64,000 nt of DNA from Amoebidium appalachense (lineage: Eukaryota; Protista; Ichthyosporea). Position 1 is the stretch's first letter. Every line of letters begins with the position of its first letter. Shown piece by piece: positions 60,635-64,000 of the stretch. The translations under genes were made by a program, and so were the position numbers. The notes beneath the pieces are model-generated. The model saw only the letters and a list, made by a program, of their open reading frames with translations. It ran no database searches and was not told the origin of the DNA. The stretch is taken from contig CAVNZM010000010.1 of the NCBI GenBank assembly GCA_963693365.1, positions 2,728,001 through 2,792,000 of the forward strand, in the 5' to 3' direction.

Positions 60635-60998
60635 GAATTAAGCTTGAAAGCTGCGACGGGGAAAGAAAATATGTGCGGGCGGGAGGGTGGGCGATGAGAG
60701 AGGAGGCGACGGGGAATATGCTAATAGACGACCGATCTAAGGTCGGCTTATATACCCATAAGCCTCCTCTACCAGGCCGCTGATTGGCCACATAACCATT
60801 GTGGCCCAATCAGACGGCCGAAGAATAAGTTAAGAAATGGAATTGTCCAATCAATTCAGACATTTATAACTTATACTTGCTACCTACGTCCACTATATAC
60901 GAATTTTTGCTCTGCAACGACAACTAAAACCCACTAGATTAGTGTCGATCAAAATTCACCACACTTTACATAATATACAGTACATTTTCGAGCACAGT

Positions 60999-62294
60999 TT
61001 ACGACAGTCGCACAGGGTCCAACTCGCGCAGGTTGCTGAAGTACTCGTGGTCATCGGGGGTGGGGCAGTGGCCCAACCCATAGTTGTCCTCAGGGGTTTG
61101 GCCGGTGAGGTCCCACACCCCCAGGTGCTTGATGACTGCAAAGGGGATGCCGATTGCACGAGCAGCGCCGACCATGCCGTGACGGAGGCAGTGCCAGGTG
61201 ATGCCGGTAGCCAGGGCGGGGAGCACGCCAAGGGCCTGCACCGCGCTGCACAGCCAGCTGACGGCCTTGGTAGCGTTGGGGCACGGCAGGAGGGGGCTGG
61301 TGGGCTGCCGGACGTGCGCGCAGGCGCGCAGTAACAGCTGTGCGCACATGGGGGGAACCATGCGGTGGCGCACAGGGAGCCGAATCTGCTTGCCAGCTGC
61401 CTGCTTGATGGTTCGAAAGGTCAGGTGGAGGCGTCAGGCTCCAGTGGGGGTGGGGTCCCCCCAGGTCAGGTCCCCCACATGTACTGCAGCAGCGGTGTTT
61501 CACCGTAGGCCAAACAGGTAGCTCAACAGCACCCCCGCTAGCCAGCGGTCACCGTCGGGGTCCAGCCGGCCCAGCTGTGCGATGAGCAGGCCGGTGACCC
61601 AGGGTGCGTCAAACCGTTTTGGGTCGGGCGGGGTGGCGGTGGTGGTCTGGTGGGGCCTGCCGTAGGACTTCTTGATGGTTGCAAGGATGGCCTGGTCCAA
61701 ATAGGGAATGTGCCACAGCAGATGTACCTGGCGCAGGGCGGCAAACTTGCAGTCTAACGTGCTGGGGTGGTACGGGCGCGCTAGCAGGTGAACCGCATAA
61801 GCCAAAGCTACGTGTTCGGTAAGGGGCCAGGCTGCAAACTCGTGGGTGGCGCAAAAGGTGAGGTACTGGGTTACGTCGGCTTGATATGCGCGCCACGTGT
61901 TTGCACTGAGGAGCTGCTCCACCAGCTGCTGGCCAGTAGGGCGCAGGTTGCCAGGCAGTGACAAAATTACCGCCGCACGCCACTCGCTAAACACCCCCAC
62001 AGTGGCAGGGGGGTCTGGTGGCCGGGGAGCTTGCTGGGGCGGCTGCACGGGGGAAGGGGGCCTTTGAGGCTCAGGCTGTGGTCCCAAGGGGAGGGGGGCT
62101 GGGCCCCCTTCCCAGGGAGGGTCGCCGATGGGAACGCCCGCGGGAGCTGGTGGTGGTTGAGGCGCGGGGGGAAGCACGTCGCCACCACTTGCGGGGGGAG
62201 CCGGCTCGGCGGGAGCTGGCACCGGGGCGGGGCCAGTAGACGCCGGCCCCGGGTACAAGTTGAATACCCAACTAGCACACATTGGGGTGGACAC
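60999..62294 (-). pseudogene. Tyrosine recombinase with two in-frame TGA codons
   Basis: ORF-track 61500..62294 and 60999..61373 are in the same frame. Core-binding region SANTWRAY...FC; catalytic GLR, TIK, HCLRHG, LGVW and DNY (R-K-HxxR-W-Y). Confidence 0.9.
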
Positions 62295-62356
62295 CCACCC
62301 TTGACGCCCCCTTGTAAGGCCCGCTGCCTACGCGACAGGGGCCGGAAACCGCAAAC

Positions 62357-63076
62357 CTAGTTGCGGCCGGCGCCAGACCCACTGCTGGCGTCGGTGTTGG
62401 ACTTCACCACGGTCTTGTTGTCATTCTGGTTGCCCGCACGGGCGGTTTGCGTAGCGAGGTTGACCTCTGCCTCTTTCTTCCTTGCGTCGCCCATTGCGCG
62501 GCCCCAGCGTTCAGAAAGAACAGGGTAATACTCCCGCTCCATGTGGGCGCGGGCCAGCTCGGCAAAGGCAGCACCCTCTGTGGCGCGGAGATACTGGTAG
62601 TGCACACGGTCGGATAGGAACACAGCGACATCGGCGATTGCACCCTTGAGGTCTGCAATGCGTCGTTGGTAGAACTGCTCCGTGGGTTCAGGCACTGGGG
62701 CGCCGTTTTCGCCGGGGAACTGCCAACGCTGGAACGCGCAGTCGTTGTGCATTGCATCGATGAGGCTGCAGAGTGCCCCGATGGTAACCCCGTTCTCCTC
62801 GAGCACGTGCTTGTTGGCCTCGGAAGGGATCCAGGGCAGTAGGTCGGCTGGGAAGCGTCGGGGACCGTTGGGCATAGGGAACTCCGTCACCCATGGTAAG
62901 GTGGGTGCCAGAGTGGGGTGCCGCTCGGCAAAGGCATGTCTAGGGAACTTGAGCCATGGGCAGTCCGGCATCCCCCAGGTCTGCCGAAGGCGCTGCGGGC
63001 GTGACTCGCGGGTGTCCGAATCCCCAGTGACGGGGGTGCGCGCTTCGGCGGAATATTGCTCGAAAATAATGTTCAT
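62357..63076 (-). CDS. ORF1 (239 aa), Gag-like protein of the YR element
   Basis: Intact ORF about 120 bp downstream of the TATA in repeat A1; its position and helical C-terminal half resemble ORF1 of DIRS/Ngaro-group elements (by eye). Confidence 0.6.
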   Translation of the reverse strand: MNIIFEQYSAEARTPVTGDSDTRESRPQRLRQTWGMPDCPWLKFPRHAFAERHPTLAPTLPWVTEFPMPNGPRRFPADLLPWIPSEANKHVLEENGVTIGALCSLIDAMHNDCAFQRWQFPGENGAPVPEPTEQFYQRRIADLKGAIADVAVFLSDRVHYQYLRATEGAAFAELARAHMEREYYPVLSERWGRAMGDARKKEAEVNLATQTARAGNQNDNKTVVKSNTDASSGSGAGRN

Positions 63077-63141
63077 GGTAAAGTTCTAAAAGGGTGACCT
63101 ACCCTAAACAAAGCGTGAACGAGCCTCACCAACGTTGCCTC

Positions 63142-63315
63142 CGATGAGAGAGGAGGCGACGGGGAATATGCTAATAGACGACCGATCTAAGGTCGGCTTA
63201 TATACCCATAAGCCTCCTCTACCAGGCCGCTGATTGGCCACATAACCATTGTGGCCCAATCAGACGGCCGAAGAATAAGTTTATAAATGGAATTGTCCAA
63301 TCAATTCAGACATTT
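63142..63315 (-). promoter_or_regulatory. Repeat A1 of the YR element: promoter-like with CCAAT boxes and TATA
   Basis: Minus-strand GGGTATATAAGCC at 63195-63207; GATTGG/CCAATC boxes upstream of it on the minus strand. Confidence 0.65.
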
Positions 63316-63703
63316 TTTTTTTGTTTTAATTGCGAAATTTCACCACACAATATCTCGCTCGTCGTATGATATACGGCTGAGGCTACGCGGTCCATATATA
63401 TATATTATGTCGATGAAATACGGGAAGGATATGGAGATAAAAATCTACCTTGAGTTGCATGTCTGCCATGCATACATACCGTAAACTGGAAAACAACCCT
63501 ACTATGTGGTATGCAGTTTTGATGTTGTTACACGGTTCTGAGAGGTTTGTTGTAAGTAAGTATATTTAACCTCTTTTTATTCTTTTTTTCACAAATTCTT
63601 ACATTCTTCAGGAGAAAGCCTGTAAATTCAAAATTGATTTGGCAACAGAACGCCACAGAGTATGTTGGTGGTAACTTGTATGGTGGTGGTGCGTGCACTC
63701 GAG

Positions 63704-63704
63704 T

Positions 63705-63781
<77 letters not shown>

Positions 63782-63796
63782 GTATGTGTGTGTGCA

Positions 63797-63859
<63 letters not shown>
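63704..63859. repeat. (GT)n microsatellite
   Basis: Directly visible. Confidence 0.95.
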
Positions 63860-63860
<1 letters not shown>

Positions 63861-64000
63861 GAGGGGAAAAGACACCGGGTCCCTACAAAAGTCACAGCCT
63901 AATTGAAGCACTGCTCTTCATCACAGTAAGTAATGTTAACTGTTGCATGGCAAACGTTAGCTCATATATTCGTTTCTAATTAATAAAAAGCAGCCACGAC

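Larger units (their letters stand above)
60254..63315 (-). mobile_element. Tyrosine-recombinase element with split direct repeats (Ngaro/PAT-like architecture) lacking RT/RNase H
   Basis: A repeats 60692-60865 and 63142-63315 (174 bp, 2 mismatches); B repeats 60254-60273 and 60862-60881 (20 bp, identical); shared ATTT core; Gag-like ORF and YR ORF only. Confidence 0.88.

Noticed and set aside
61430-61502. TGA recoding (Trp/Sec) in the recombinase
   Set aside because: TGA serves as a normal stop in the SH2 gene model and no SECIS is evident; CGA decay is the simpler explanation.

Overview
Eukaryotic, intron-rich, microsatellite- and transposon-rich DNA. The gene content (SH2 adaptor, animal-like WEE1, PX-PH phospholipase D, UQCC2, SERTA-like protein) suggests a holozoan/opisthokont, possibly a unicellular relative of animals; this is inference, not identification. 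Host genes were reconstructed by hand across introns: UQCC2 exon 1 (-), a small SH2 protein (+), a ~16.5-kb phospholipase D (+) with a split C2-like domain in its catalytic loop, a SERTA-like gene (-), and WEE1 (+) and VPS11 (-), whose stop codons are 10 bp apart. Mobile DNA includes a decayed APE-RT LINE, a 5'-truncated Copia element with nested insertions, two clear solo LTRs with 5-bp TSDs, a piggyBac-type MITE and a second MITE. The most striking element (60254-63315) is 3.06 kb long, encodes a Gag-like protein and a tyrosine recombinase but no reverse transcriptase, and has split direct repeats (A1-ORFs-B1/A2-unique-B2) joined through a 4-bp ATTT core. Most ORF-track entries (CVCV/HTHT/poly-G/poly-P) are microsatellite artefacts. 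Exon boundaries are manual predictions.
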